The notes under the pieces: model-generated
What the model saw: the letters and a program-made list of their open reading frames with translations, nothing else
What the model was told of the DNA's origin: nothing
Database searches by the model: none
Program-made: the position numbers and the translations under genes
From: Oligoflexales bacterium
GTDB lineage: Bacteria; Bdellovibrionota_B; Oligoflexia; Oligoflexales; CAIYRB01
NCBI GenBank assembly: GCA_041736175.1
Contig: JBGSUI010000246.1
Location: 44,990 to 108,989 of the forward strand
Reading direction: 5' to 3'
Length of the DNA: 64,000 bases
Shown: positions 18,054 to 28,990 of the stretch, piece by piece
Position numbering within the stretch: the first letter of the stretch is position 1
Layout of the letters: every line of letters begins with the position of its first letter

Positions 18054-18566
18054 ATGATGAGAAATTTAATGGTTGGAGCCTTTCTGGCGCTGTCGAGCCA
18101 TTTGGGATTTGCTGCACAAATCAATCTTAATGATGTAAAGCTTCCTTGGAAAAACGCACCAGTGCCTAATGCAGTCTATGATCTCAGTGAGGAGCCTAAT
18201 CAAGTTTACGTGTTTGAAGTGTATAGTATCGGCTGCCATTGGTGCAACGAGAATGCCCCAAAAGTCCAAGAATTAGCTAAAGAATTTGCAAGCAGTGCCA
18301 ATGTTCAGTTTATGGATCTGGGCTTAGATACCCGCGAGTTAGACTATACCCGCTGGATTAAGACCCATGCACCGAGTTATCCTGTCGTCCAAGACCTTGG
18401 TAAAAAAGTTTACAATGCACTAAGCCAAGCCAATGCAATCCCCCAAACTTTTGTCGTTGATTGCAAGGGTCAGCTTGTAGGCAGTACCATAGGCTTTTGG
18501 CAAGATGGTGAGAAGCAAACGATAAAAAATGCTATCGAAAAGGCTCAACAGACTGTCTGTGACTAG
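18054..18566 (+). CDS. Exported TlpA-like thioredoxin-fold oxidoreductase
   Basis: Signal peptide, CHWC active site and cis-Pro motif IPQTFVVD. AAAGGA RBS. Confidence 0.85.
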   Translation: MMRNLMVGAFLALSSHLGFAAQINLNDVKLPWKNAPVPNAVYDLSEEPNQVYVFEVYSIGCHWCNENAPKVQELAKEFASSANVQFMDLGLDTRELDYTRWIKTHAPSYPVVQDLGKKVYNALSQANAIPQTFVVDCKGQLVGSTIGFWQDGEKQTIKNAIEKAQQTVCD

Positions 18567-18598
18567 GTATTTATCCACCTGATATTATAGACTCTATT

Positions 18599-18637
18599 AA
18601 ACCCCTACCGTGATTTTAGGTCATCGGTAGGGGTTTT
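18599..18637 (+). terminator. Rho-independent terminator
   Basis: aaacccctaccg...cggtaggggtttt hairpin after the thioredoxin gene. Confidence 0.7.
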
Positions 18638-18653
18638 ACCTTGAGAATTTCAC

Positions 18654-18680
18654 TCAGGTGAATTTTATTAATCCCGATAC
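18654..18680 (+). promoter_or_regulatory. Possible sigma-28 (FliA) promoter
   Basis: TCAGGTGA-N11-CCCGATAC upstream of the TPR gene; the -35 element is weak. Confidence 0.35.
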
Positions 18681-18734
18681 TTCATTCTAGGGACGCCTTT
18701 TGCCTAATCGCGTCTTTTGGAAACCTGAGGTAAC

Positions 18735-21038
18735 ATGGGATATCAATTTAAAACCAATTTAGAGAATGCAAATAAGCTGATATTTGTAAAGAAATATCAT
18801 GAAGCAAAAAGAATTTTAGATCAGTTACTAAATAAGGATGAGCATAAGAAAAATCTGCTTATCCACCTCCGAAGGATTGAATTGGCAGTGATGCTGAAAG
18901 GATTGGAGGCTTTAAAGCGCGACTATATTGAGGGGTTGAAAGACCCTGAGTCAGCAGAATGTTCCAAGATATGCCTGGCTTTTATTGATCAACACGGGGA
19001 ATTAATAAATCACAATCAGTCTACTTCTGTTTTCCAAAATTTATTGAAAGAATATGGGCCATCTGCTGCTCTGTATTTTGGTATCGGCTATAGTATGGAA
19101 CATTTAGCAAATTTCGATCGAGCCATCTTTAATTATGAGCAAACTCTTAAAGAGGACCCAACTTGGTATGTGGCTCATTTTGGTTTATCGCAAATCTACT
19201 ATCAAATGGGAGATGAAAAACGCGGTGATCATTTTTTCTATCTTTTTGAACAAGCTGCGCCTTACAACGTCTATGGAAACTTTGAAACCCACCGCAAATT
19301 AAGCCGTGATTTTCTCGAAAAAGAAATGTTTGAAGAAGCAGAGCTTGCAATCCAGGCGCTTGGACAGTGGTGGCAGGAAAATAAAGGATCCTGCCCGATC
19401 GAAATCCGCGTCTACGAACTGCTTGCGACTGCAAAGATTTCCGAGCTTCAAAGCGATCATCATTCAGTAGAAATCAGAAGAACAAAAGCCTTTGGCCTTT
19501 GCCAGCAAGTCTTAGACGAAGGGACTTCCAGTGAGAATGTGAACTACTTTATCGCCAAAATTCTTGAAGAACATGGTGAGTTTCACCGGGCATTGGCATT
19601 TTATAAACGAATCCTCAAAAGTGAGCAGGGCTCTCCGGCAATGGTGCAAAAAATTGGGGGGCAGTTTATTTCCCATGGTGAGTACGGCTTGGCAAAAGAG
19701 ATTTTTCAGGATGCCTATGAGTCACATCCAGATAATCAAGACATAAGATTTTGTCTACTCGTATCGAATCTAAAACTAGCCAATGTGAATGTCGAAGAGT
19801 ATTTGATTGGTCGGGAGCGCCTACGACAGCTCGTTGAAAATGGTGGGGACAAAGTTGAATTACTGGCATTACTCCACAGTTTACTCGCGAAATTTAGTCA
19901 GGATCCGGAGGTCCATTTCCAGCTTGCCGAAGCCTATCTCAAAATGGGAAATTTAGATCGAGCTTCGCGACATTTCGAAACCATGTTTAAGCTTGATCCA
20001 AAAAATGTCAAGACAGGACTCCGATATTCGGCCTATTTGATGCAGTATAAAAACCCAGAGGAAGCGCTGGTCATTATCGAATCGATGGATAACTTCAAAC
20101 ATGCAACATCCGAAGTTCAAGTAGAAGCTGATTGGCTAAAAGCCAACTATTATGCGCGAAAAAGGGAGTACGGACAGTCTACAGATTTACTCAGAAAGAT
20201 ATTGGCTGTTGATCCGTGGAATGTCTCCTATCTAGTCCAAGAAGTCATTAATCTTACTCAAATCTCAACTATCGACCCAGAATTTCGCAAGACCGATTCG
20301 GTTTTGAGTAGTCTATCATCCACGGATGAATCAAAAATCGATTGGGCTGAATACGATCGTTTTACAAATAAACTAGACGAACTGCATGCCTACGAACTGG
20401 TCTATGTTCGGAGAAAATTGAGGTATCTATACGGGAGCGGCTCCGAAACTCTCCTACTAGATCTTATTAGATCAGCATGTAGGTTCGATGCATCCCGAGC
20501 AACCTATGATTTTATGAGGCTACTTAATACTAATTTTGATAGCTACAATATTTATTGGGCTTTGGGAACTTTATTTAAGGAGCTCTGGCAACTAGAAACG
20601 GCGTCAGTGTTTTTCGAACAAATGTTGTTGCATCCTTCAGCGACGCCTGAATCTCGCGCTAAGTCCTACTTAGAACTGGCAGATTGCTTTATTTGGCAGG
20701 GTAAATCCCTTACGAAAGCCCTTGAATATGCTAAAATTGGCTATGATATCGACAATCAAACTGACTCTAAGTATTTAAGAGTCTTAGCTCATGCTAACCT
20801 AAAGCTCGGGTTTATTAGGCAGGCCAAATCCTATTTAGAGCAAATTGATATCCTTGGCGATCATGAAGCAAGGTATCTTCAGGGTTTGCTTCATTATAGA
20901 AATGGAGATAGGACACGTGCAAACGAAATATGGAAGCCTTTGCTGACTGTGAGGAGTGAAAATTTGCGATTTCACAATATTAAACAGGAAGTCCTTAAAT
21001 TTTATTTTGAAGGTGCTCCCTACTTAAAAGTCAATTAG
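18735..21038 (+). CDS. Tetratricopeptide-repeat protein
   Basis: Several TPR motifs (e.g. ALYFGIGYSMEHLANFDRAIFNYEQTLKEDP, VHFQLAEAYLKMGNLDRASRHFETMFKLDP). GAGG RBS. Confidence 0.88.
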   Translation: MGYQFKTNLENANKLIFVKKYHEAKRILDQLLNKDEHKKNLLIHLRRIELAVMLKGLEALKRDYIEGLKDPESAECSKICLAFIDQHGELINHNQSTSVFQNLLKEYGPSAALYFGIGYSMEHLANFDRAIFNYEQTLKEDPTWYVAHFGLSQIYYQMGDEKRGDHFFYLFEQAAPYNVYGNFETHRKLSRDFLEKEMFEEAELAIQALGQWWQENKGSCPIEIRVYELLATAKISELQSDHHSVEIRRTKAFGLCQQVLDEGTSSENVNYFIAKILEEHGEFHRALAFYKRILKSEQGSPAMVQKIGGQFISHGEYGLAKEIFQDAYESHPDNQDIRFCLLVSNLKLANVNVEEYLIGRERLRQLVENGGDKVELLALLHSLLAKFSQDPEVHFQLAEAYLKMGNLDRASRHFETMFKLDPKNVKTGLRYSAYLMQYKNPEEALVIIESMDNFKHATSEVQVEADWLKANYYARKREYGQSTDLLRKILAVDPWNVSYLVQEVINLTQISTIDPEFRKTDSVLSSLSSTDESKIDWAEYDRFTNKLDELHAYELVYVRRKLRYLYGSGSETLLLDLIRSACRFDASRATYDFMRLLNTNFDSYNIYWALGTLFKELWQLETASVFFEQMLLHPSATPESRAKSYLELADCFIWQGKSLTKALEYAKIGYDIDNQTDSKYLRVLAHANLKLGFIRQAKSYLEQIDILGDHEARYLQGLLHYRNGDRTRANEIWKPLLTVRSENLRFHNIKQEVLKFYFEGAPYLKVN

Positions 21039-21322
21039 TTAAAAATTGGCGAATCTTCTCATCCTTGCCTTAACATTTGAAGGCTTGGACCAAACGAAAA
21101 AAAAAATGAGTTGACTTAGAGGGCAATTTCTGGAAAATAGAGGCGAGCTAAAGACCATATTATTAACGTAAACCTTAACCCTGTTTTTTTAAACAAGGGC
21201 GGGAAAAGGTGAGTCTGGCTGTTAATAGCAGCAGGTCCCTTGAGACCCCTTGAAATAAGTTCAGGTCAGATCTTATTAACAGACTGAAATTGCGGACTAA
21301 TTTTGTAAAAGTAAGACAGGGG

Positions 21323-21350
21323 TAAAGTTTAAGGTGGGATGTACCGATAG
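21323..21350 (+). promoter_or_regulatory. Putative sigma-28 (FliA) promoter
   Basis: TAAAGTTT-N12-ACCGATAG versus consensus TAAAGTTT-N11-GCCGATAA. Confidence 0.55.
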
Positions 21351-21479
21351 GGGACAAAGTAAAAGGGACAGAGGTTAATCAAGTTTTAAGTAAAGTTTAT
21401 GAAGGTTGTGGGTTTTATTAACCGTCTCTAGGAGTCTTTTGTGAAGATTAAAATTGAAAGGATCCGGGGGGGAAGAGAA

Positions 21480-21761
21480 ATGGCAATTTCATCGACTGAG
21501 AATTGTGCAAATTGTGGGGCAGATTCTAAGTGTCGCCGCAGAGATTTTAGCGAACAAGCATGGAGTGTTTTGTTACTCTGGAAAGAGGTACAAACTTCTA
21601 CAGTGGACCAAGCAATCTGCGAAGATTGTTACAACGAACTCAGAGAAGTTTTAATCGACAGAGCAGATGAGATTGAGGATGCAGTCGGTGGTAAGTCCAC
21701 TATCGGGACTTCGGTCCAAAATAGAATTCAGGACTCCAATAAGGAGAGAAAAGCTAGTTAA
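21480..21761 (+). CDS. Small hypothetical protein with two CxxC pairs (putative zinc binding)
   Basis: CANC and CEDC motifs. Purine-rich RBS before the ATG at 21480; alternative GTG start at 21441. Confidence 0.65.
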   Translation: MAISSTENCANCGADSKCRRRDFSEQAWSVLLLWKEVQTSTVDQAICEDCYNELREVLIDRADEIEDAVGGKSTIGTSVQNRIQDSNKERKAS

Positions 21762-21937
21762 TTTAATCTTAGTTTGGTTCCATCCCGCGCTAGTGGTTAC
21801 TCAATGGTTAGACCGATGGGTTGTCTCTAGCTTTAAGTACAAGTGGATGTTCTTAGAAAAAATATATATTTCTGGCTAATATTTTTTCTTTTTGGATAGT
21901 TGCAGTCGAAAGTTGAGAGCCATTGCGCAATGGCGTC

Positions 21938-21964
21938 TAAAGTTTAGACGATATCGACCGATCA
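21938..21964 (+). promoter_or_regulatory. Putative sigma-28 (FliA) promoter
   Basis: TAAAGTTT-N11-ACCGATCA, ending 37 nt before the ATG at 22002. Confidence 0.6.
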
Positions 21965-22001
21965 TTGTCTTGATTCTCTTCTCATATAGGAGCTTCTACC
22001 G

Positions 22002-23561
22002 ATGGTCGATATAAGAAGTGTTGATAAGCTTTTCCAAAATTCTGTAAAAGCTATCAAAGCATTCTCACCTAGCGAGGCTTATCGTCAGGGTTTTCAATTA
22101 TTTAAAGAAAAGAATTTTTCGGCTAGCATAGAGATAGTGTCTCGGCATCTATGCGATCATGATAGCCATGCCGACAAATTTATGGCCTACCGTCTTTGGA
22201 TCGAATGTTTAGCAGAAATGCACGATCATAAATCGTTAGAAATGGTCGGAAATCACCTGGTAAATTTAGTGGATCATAATGAACAAGATTTTGCATCCTA
22301 TGTTGCCTTAGGTGGACTGGCGTTTTTAGAGGCAGATTCCTTTGGCAGGTCACGTCTTATGGCAAGGTGCGTGATTGGGAGAGAAAATCCTTATGTTCAT
22401 GAACTGGTTCAGAGATTACGCCTAAGGGTCGGACAAGGGGGGCGAGAGCCCTATCTATTAAGGTCTCAGGTTCCTTTTATCGACTATTTCCAATGGGATT
22501 TGATGGTTTACTGTGTTGATCTTTGGGTAGAAGGTTCGGATAAGATCAAACAAAAAGCAAATGATATCGTGACCAAAGAATTTAAGGATCATATCAGACT
22601 TAAATTAGCAAAATATCATGAATATATAGAAAATGGTCTCTTTGCAGCAGCTAATCTTGTTGCCGATATGCTTCACCAAACATACCCCAAACAGGACAAT
22701 TTTTTGTTATTAAAATCTTTTGCTTCTTACGAAGATGGTGATTATCCCACAGCGAGGAAAGGTCTGTCAGAATACGTAAGGCGAAATCCTACCGCAGATG
22801 TTGAGGTTTTGGGACTTTTAGGAATGTGCCATGGGAAAATCGGAGATGGTGAGAATGCTTCTAAAATACTACGGGATGCTATTGAGATTGGAAGTATTGA
22901 AGGTATATCTATTTCAGATATGGCTATAGAGCTAGGAAACATCACAGATGAGTTGAGTCTTAGTCAAGTAGGGAACCAAAACGAAGATCCCCAACAAGAT
23001 GGATCAGTCCAAAACTGGATGATAAAGCTCAGCCAGAGTCGTTATTTTCAGTTGATGAATAGTTCTCCAGATGTGGTCGATCGGTTGCTGCTACCCCTAG
23101 GGGCAGTCCCAAAAGAAGGTGATTTTGTATTTTTTGCTGCTGGAGAAAAGGTAGAAACGGAGTATTTTTGGAATGTCGTCGCCGTCTATGTGGTTGATAG
23201 TAAACCCATAAGACATAGTCGTCATGAGTACCTCTCCGTTGTTAAACTTATCTCTAGGCTGCCGATCACAGTGCCGATTGATGTCTCGGTCAGGGAAGAT
23301 CATTTAGAAGAACTTTCAAAAGATGATTTAGAGGAATTAGGCTGGTCCTATGATAGAAAGGCTGTTAAAAAAATTGCCAAGAAATTCGGCCTTAAAATAC
23401 CACAAAACTATGCTAACTTGCCTAAAGGCTATCCCTTTAGATATGGAGTCTATCAGCTAGATGTCGGAGCCCTTGAATTGATTGAAAAGGCTATCGAAAA
23501 CCAGTCTCAAAATCTGATAGATCGCAGAATTAAGCATTCGATCCGAAGGCCAACAGCATAA
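22002..23561 (+). CDS. TPR-containing hypothetical protein
   Basis: Helical TPR-like segments (VLGLLGMCHGKIGDGENASKILRDAIE). AGGAG RBS. Confidence 0.7.
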   Translation: MVDIRSVDKLFQNSVKAIKAFSPSEAYRQGFQLFKEKNFSASIEIVSRHLCDHDSHADKFMAYRLWIECLAEMHDHKSLEMVGNHLVNLVDHNEQDFASYVALGGLAFLEADSFGRSRLMARCVIGRENPYVHELVQRLRLRVGQGGREPYLLRSQVPFIDYFQWDLMVYCVDLWVEGSDKIKQKANDIVTKEFKDHIRLKLAKYHEYIENGLFAAANLVADMLHQTYPKQDNFLLLKSFASYEDGDYPTARKGLSEYVRRNPTADVEVLGLLGMCHGKIGDGENASKILRDAIEIGSIEGISISDMAIELGNITDELSLSQVGNQNEDPQQDGSVQNWMIKLSQSRYFQLMNSSPDVVDRLLLPLGAVPKEGDFVFFAAGEKVETEYFWNVVAVYVVDSKPIRHSRHEYLSVVKLISRLPITVPIDVSVREDHLEELSKDDLEELGWSYDRKAVKKIAKKFGLKIPQNYANLPKGYPFRYGVYQLDVGALELIEKAIENQSQNLIDRRIKHSIRRPTA

Positions 23562-23581
23562 TAAGAAGTTTGAGATAACTT

Positions 23582-24487
23582 ATGGATAAGCAAAAAATTA
23601 TATATGTCCTATACTTGTTGGCTACAATGTTTATACATTCCAGGTCGCCTGCAAATCCTAACGAAGTGATTGCTACTGGCGGCCAAATAAAGCTTAGGGA
23701 TGGTGAGTTCAAAATAGCCATCCCGAAAGGGTGGAGTGTTTATACCAATATTCCTGGGCAAACTCTGCTTGCCCAAGGTCCAAAGCAAGGAGATGTGGGC
23801 TTTAGGAGAGCCATTCAAGTGATGACCTTTGGGGGTCCAAGATATCTTGATGAGGTCACTGCCACAGAGTTTAACGAGCTTATTGCCCGAAAGTTTGAAG
23901 CTGCGTCAACCTCAATGACCAACTATCAGATGAATAATCATATGAGGGTTGAGTTGGCTGATCGGAGGCCAGCGCTTTTATTCTATTCGGAATTTGAACA
24001 AGACCAAAAAAAATATATGCAGGCTCACCTCTTGGTTTCCAACTTGGAGCGGCATTTTTTAATGTCCTATACAGATGCGGCAGAGCATTTTGCGAATGAT
24101 GCTAGGACACCAAACCTCAACGAAGCTTGGCAGTCTCTGATATCCGCCGAAGTCGAAGGACCAACCCCCGTAAGGTACCGGATATTTTTTCAAGTAGGTG
24201 GTATGGTTGGGCTACTTCTAGTGTCGATGCTAGGGTTGGGTCTCTACCGGAAGCTTTCCCACAGAAAATATGAGCAAGAGCTCAAGTCGGAGTTTTCTGA
24301 GGATCTCTCTACGGTACAAAACAAGCCCCCCAAGCAGGTAAGTGGTCCCAGCGCCTCCCTATACGAAGATCAAGATGAGATTGAGTCCCTCCATGATTCA
24401 CACGATCGAGTGCCTTTAGATGAGTCAGATGAGGCCCAAGCTCTTAAAAAAGTTAAAAAGCCTAAGGATGATGGTATTGCCGGATGA
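23582..24487 (+). CDS. Hypothetical membrane-anchored protein
   Basis: Signal peptide, periplasmic domain, one TM (IFFQVGGMVGLLLVSMLGLGLY) and an acidic tail. Confidence 0.7.
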   Translation: MDKQKIIYVLYLLATMFIHSRSPANPNEVIATGGQIKLRDGEFKIAIPKGWSVYTNIPGQTLLAQGPKQGDVGFRRAIQVMTFGGPRYLDEVTATEFNELIARKFEAASTSMTNYQMNNHMRVELADRRPALLFYSEFEQDQKKYMQAHLLVSNLERHFLMSYTDAAEHFANDARTPNLNEAWQSLISAEVEGPTPVRYRIFFQVGGMVGLLLVSMLGLGLYRKLSHRKYEQELKSEFSEDLSTVQNKPPKQVSGPSASLYEDQDEIESLHDSHDRVPLDESDEAQALKKVKKPKDDGIAG

Positions 24488-24567
24488 CGTGGTGGGTGTT
24501 GTAGGTGGTTCGGATTTTACGACTACGGCGTAGCTGTGGTAAAATCACCTAAACATGTAGGCCTTGA

Positions 24568-25689
24568 TTGAGAGGCTGGGAGTGTCCAGTGTTTACGGGA
24601 ATGGCCTTCCAAAATCGCGTTTTAAAATTATTGGATCAAAGAGCGTTGCCTACCCACGAATTATGGGTGGAGTTGAGCACAGGGGAGCAGGTTGCTCAAG
24701 CCATCGAATCGATGGTTGTAAGAGGAGCGCCAGCCATCGCAGCAGCGGCGCTCTTCGGAATAGCGCTAGAGGTGAACGCTGTGGCGGCAGCGGAGCCAAC
24801 CGCGGAATGGGGCGGGTTTCAAGGTCAGTTTGCAGGGTTGCTCAATCGATTTAGAAAAACCCGTCCCACCGCCGTCAATCTTTTTGCTGTCTTGTCGAGT
24901 CTTAGTCGACAGAGCCAACATTACGCTCCCCATAAACCAATAGTCGAGGCGGCCGAAGAAATCCTAAAGTATGCGACAAACTATTTTGAGTCCGATCTGG
25001 CCCGCAATCGCTCCATAGGAAGTTTCGGGGCGGATTTGATCACCTCACAATATTTGGCTAAATGTGAACCTAAAGTCCGTAGTCTTGGAGTAGCCCCTCA
25101 ACTGTCCGTCATGACCCATTGCAATACAGGGAGTTTGGCAACCGGTGGCTTTGGAACGGCTCTCGGAGTGATTAGAACCCTCCACGAGCGAAATCAGATC
25201 AAACTTGTTTACGTCAACGAAACCCGGCCATGGCACCAGGGGTCACGCTTGACTGCCTATGAGCTGCGGGGGGAGGGAATACCCTATAAACTCATCGTGG
25301 ATAGTGCAGCGGCCTTTGCCATGAAGAGAGAAGGGGTCGATGCCGTCATCGTCGGGGCTGACCGGATTGCAGCCAATGGAGACACTGCCAACAAAATAGG
25401 GACCTATCACTTGGCGGTCGCCGCTGCTTTCCATGGGATAGGATTTTATGTGGCGGCTTCCTTGGACACCATCGATGTAAGCATTGCCTCTGGCAGCAGC
25501 ATCCACATCGAAGAGCGGGCTGCCGATGAGGTCCGAAAAAGCGGAGAGCGTCAGCTAGCGCCCGCTGATGCATCTGTCTGGAATCCATCCTTTGATATCA
25601 CCCCGGGAGACCTGATTGGTGGAATGATCACGGAAGCAGGGGTGATCCAGCCTCCCTATGATTTTTCCAGGAGCGCCCTATTCCCTTGA
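24568..25689 (+). CDS. mtnA: S-methyl-5-thioribose-1-phosphate isomerase
   Basis: LLDQRALP, MVVRGAPAI, TRPTAVNL, MTHCNTGSLAT, ETRPWHQGSRLTA and GADRIAANGDTANKIGTY motifs. The real start may be 24589 or 24601. Confidence 0.95.
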   Translation: MRGWECPVFTGMAFQNRVLKLLDQRALPTHELWVELSTGEQVAQAIESMVVRGAPAIAAAALFGIALEVNAVAAAEPTAEWGGFQGQFAGLLNRFRKTRPTAVNLFAVLSSLSRQSQHYAPHKPIVEAAEEILKYATNYFESDLARNRSIGSFGADLITSQYLAKCEPKVRSLGVAPQLSVMTHCNTGSLATGGFGTALGVIRTLHERNQIKLVYVNETRPWHQGSRLTAYELRGEGIPYKLIVDSAAAFAMKREGVDAVIVGADRIAANGDTANKIGTYHLAVAAAFHGIGFYVAASLDTIDVSIASGSSIHIEERAADEVRKSGERQLAPADASVWNPSFDITPGDLIGGMITEAGVIQPPYDFSRSALFP

Positions 25690-25743
25690 CAAAAGACCCC
25701 GTCCCCTGACATATTCCTTTTCTCTTGTTGGGACCCTAAGAAA

Positions 25744-25820
25744 GGGCGTTTAGCTCAGCTGGTTAGAGCACCTCGTTTACACCGAGGGGGTCTGCGGTTC
25801 GAATCCGTAAACGCCCACCA
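25744..25820 (+). tRNA. tRNA-Val (anticodon TAC)
   Basis: GGGCGTT/AACGCCC acceptor stem, CCTCG-tt-TAC-ac-CGAGG anticodon arm, GGTTCGAATCC T-arm, encoded CCA, 77 nt. Confidence 0.97.
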
Positions 25821-25884
25821 TTTCTTGATCCAAAGGGTTTTTGTGAGAGCAGCCTCCTATGGCTGGAGTTTTTTGTCGATATTG

Positions 25885-25961
25885 GCACCCTTAGCTCAGT
25901 TGGATAGAGCATCAGGCTTCGAACCTGAGGGTCGGGCGTTCGAGTCGCTCAGGGTGCGCCA
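25885..25961 (+). tRNA. tRNA-Arg (anticodon TCG)
   Basis: GCACCCT/AGGGTGC acceptor stem, TCAGG-ct-TCG-aa-CCTGA anticodon arm, encoded CCA, 77 nt. Confidence 0.96.
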
Positions 25962-25997
25962 TTATCGAAACAATTGTTTCCACGGCCTTTAAAAAGG

Positions 25998-26074
25998 TGG
26001 TGGGGTTACACAGATTCGAACTGTGGACCTTTCGCGTGTGAAGCGAACGCTCTAACCAACTGAGCTATAACCCC
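25998..26074 (-). tRNA. tRNA-Val (anticodon CAC)
   Basis: On the reverse strand: GGGGTTA/TAACCCC acceptor stem, TTCGC-tt-CAC-ac-GCGAA anticodon arm, encoded CCA, 77 nt. Confidence 0.96.
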
Positions 26075-26369
26075 AGAAATAAGTCACTCATACTTTAACC
26101 AAGCGGGGTTAAAAGTCACCTACAAAATCGAGTCTTCAGGTTTTTTTTAGGTGGTTTATCAGTCCATCAAATTAATATCAACCTTTGATAAAAGGAACGA
26201 GATCTGCACTAACTGACGCCACGAAGCGCGGCATTTCTCACTATTTTTTGCAGTTATCCCTGAAAAAGTCAGATTCCAAGCAAATTATTGTGGCACTAAA
26301 GTTGCATTTCAGTAGTCAGTTATATAAAGATTTCGTAAAATGTCGCAAATCCAATTGCAAGGAGGCGTT

Positions 26370-27158
26370 ATGCAAGCACCAAGATCGAGTCGTCTACGTA
26401 ACAGTGTGTGTGGGAGTATTTTCGCAGCGGGAGTGGTTTTAGGGTTGGCCCCGGCCTTTGGACAATCGACTCCCACCTTGGTAAAAGCACCAGTCGAAAA
26501 AATCTTTGTACCTCTGGGGTTCGATACCAATGACAATATCGAAGTCTTTTATCATGGTCATTTCCCCAACAGCTGCTACAAAACCGGACCGGCCAAGGCG
26601 GTCGTAGATGCTGCCACCAAGACGATTTCCGTTCAGGCTTCTGCCTACTACTATGCGGGCTCCTTTTGCGCCCAGATGTTGGTTCCCTTTGACGGCAGCG
26701 TTAAACTAGGGTTTATGCCAGAAGGCGAATATACTGTCGCTATCGATGGAGATACCCAAGTCACAGAGGCAGCCTTAAACATCAAGATCGCGAATTCTCC
26801 AGATCCGGATGATTTTCTTTATGCCCCCGTCGATTCAGTTTCGATCGGCAACGACCTGGGAACCGAAGCGGACAACATGATTAAAGTGGAGGGTGAATAT
26901 CCCTACATGTTTATTGGCTGCATGGTTATGAAAGATCTCAGGACCAGTTTAACTCCTGGAAATGTGTTGGTGGTTCAGCCCATCGCCGAGCTAGTGGATG
27001 GCCCTGCATGCCTTGCACAAGCAGACAATAAAAAGTTCAGCTTTACTAAACCACTCGGTTTTGTCCCCAAAAAAGAGGAGTATTTAGTCCATGCCCGATC
27101 GACTTCGGGAACGTCCATTAATAAAGTGGTTGATTTCCGATCCTTCAATTCTAAATAA
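26370..27158 (+). CDS. Secreted hypothetical protein with two related beta domains
   Basis: AAGGAGG RBS and signal peptide. Repeated APV-x-x-I...G...C pattern (APVEKIFVPLGFD, YAPVDSVSI). Confidence 0.75.
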   Translation: MQAPRSSRLRNSVCGSIFAAGVVLGLAPAFGQSTPTLVKAPVEKIFVPLGFDTNDNIEVFYHGHFPNSCYKTGPAKAVVDAATKTISVQASAYYYAGSFCAQMLVPFDGSVKLGFMPEGEYTVAIDGDTQVTEAALNIKIANSPDPDDFLYAPVDSVSIGNDLGTEADNMIKVEGEYPYMFIGCMVMKDLRTSLTPGNVLVVQPIAELVDGPACLAQADNKKFSFTKPLGFVPKKEEYLVHARSTSGTSINKVVDFRSFNSK

Positions 27159-27188
27159 GGTATGTAGATTTTAAGCACTCTAGATACG

Positions 27189-27224
27189 GAAACGCGGCGC
27201 TGTCTAAAAACAGCGCCGCGTTTC
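27189..27224. terminator. Bidirectional rho-independent terminator
   Basis: gaaacgcggcgctgt-ctaaaa-acagcgccgcgtttc perfect hairpin between convergent genes. Confidence 0.85.
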
Positions 27225-27247
27225 GTTTGCGGATTCTTACACAGAAC

Positions 27248-28936
<1,689 letters not shown>

Positions 28937-28990
28937 CTACTCTAAGACCTATCGAGGAGTTGTCAAGATCCTTGCCGGAAAGAGTCTAGT

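Noticed and set aside
25744..27200. Genomic island integrated at the tRNA cluster
   Set aside because: No integrase and no duplicated tRNA 3' end were found.
27171..27200. TTAAGCACTC as a CIRCE element
   Set aside because: It is only an imperfect half-site and lies downstream of groEL, not in its promoter.
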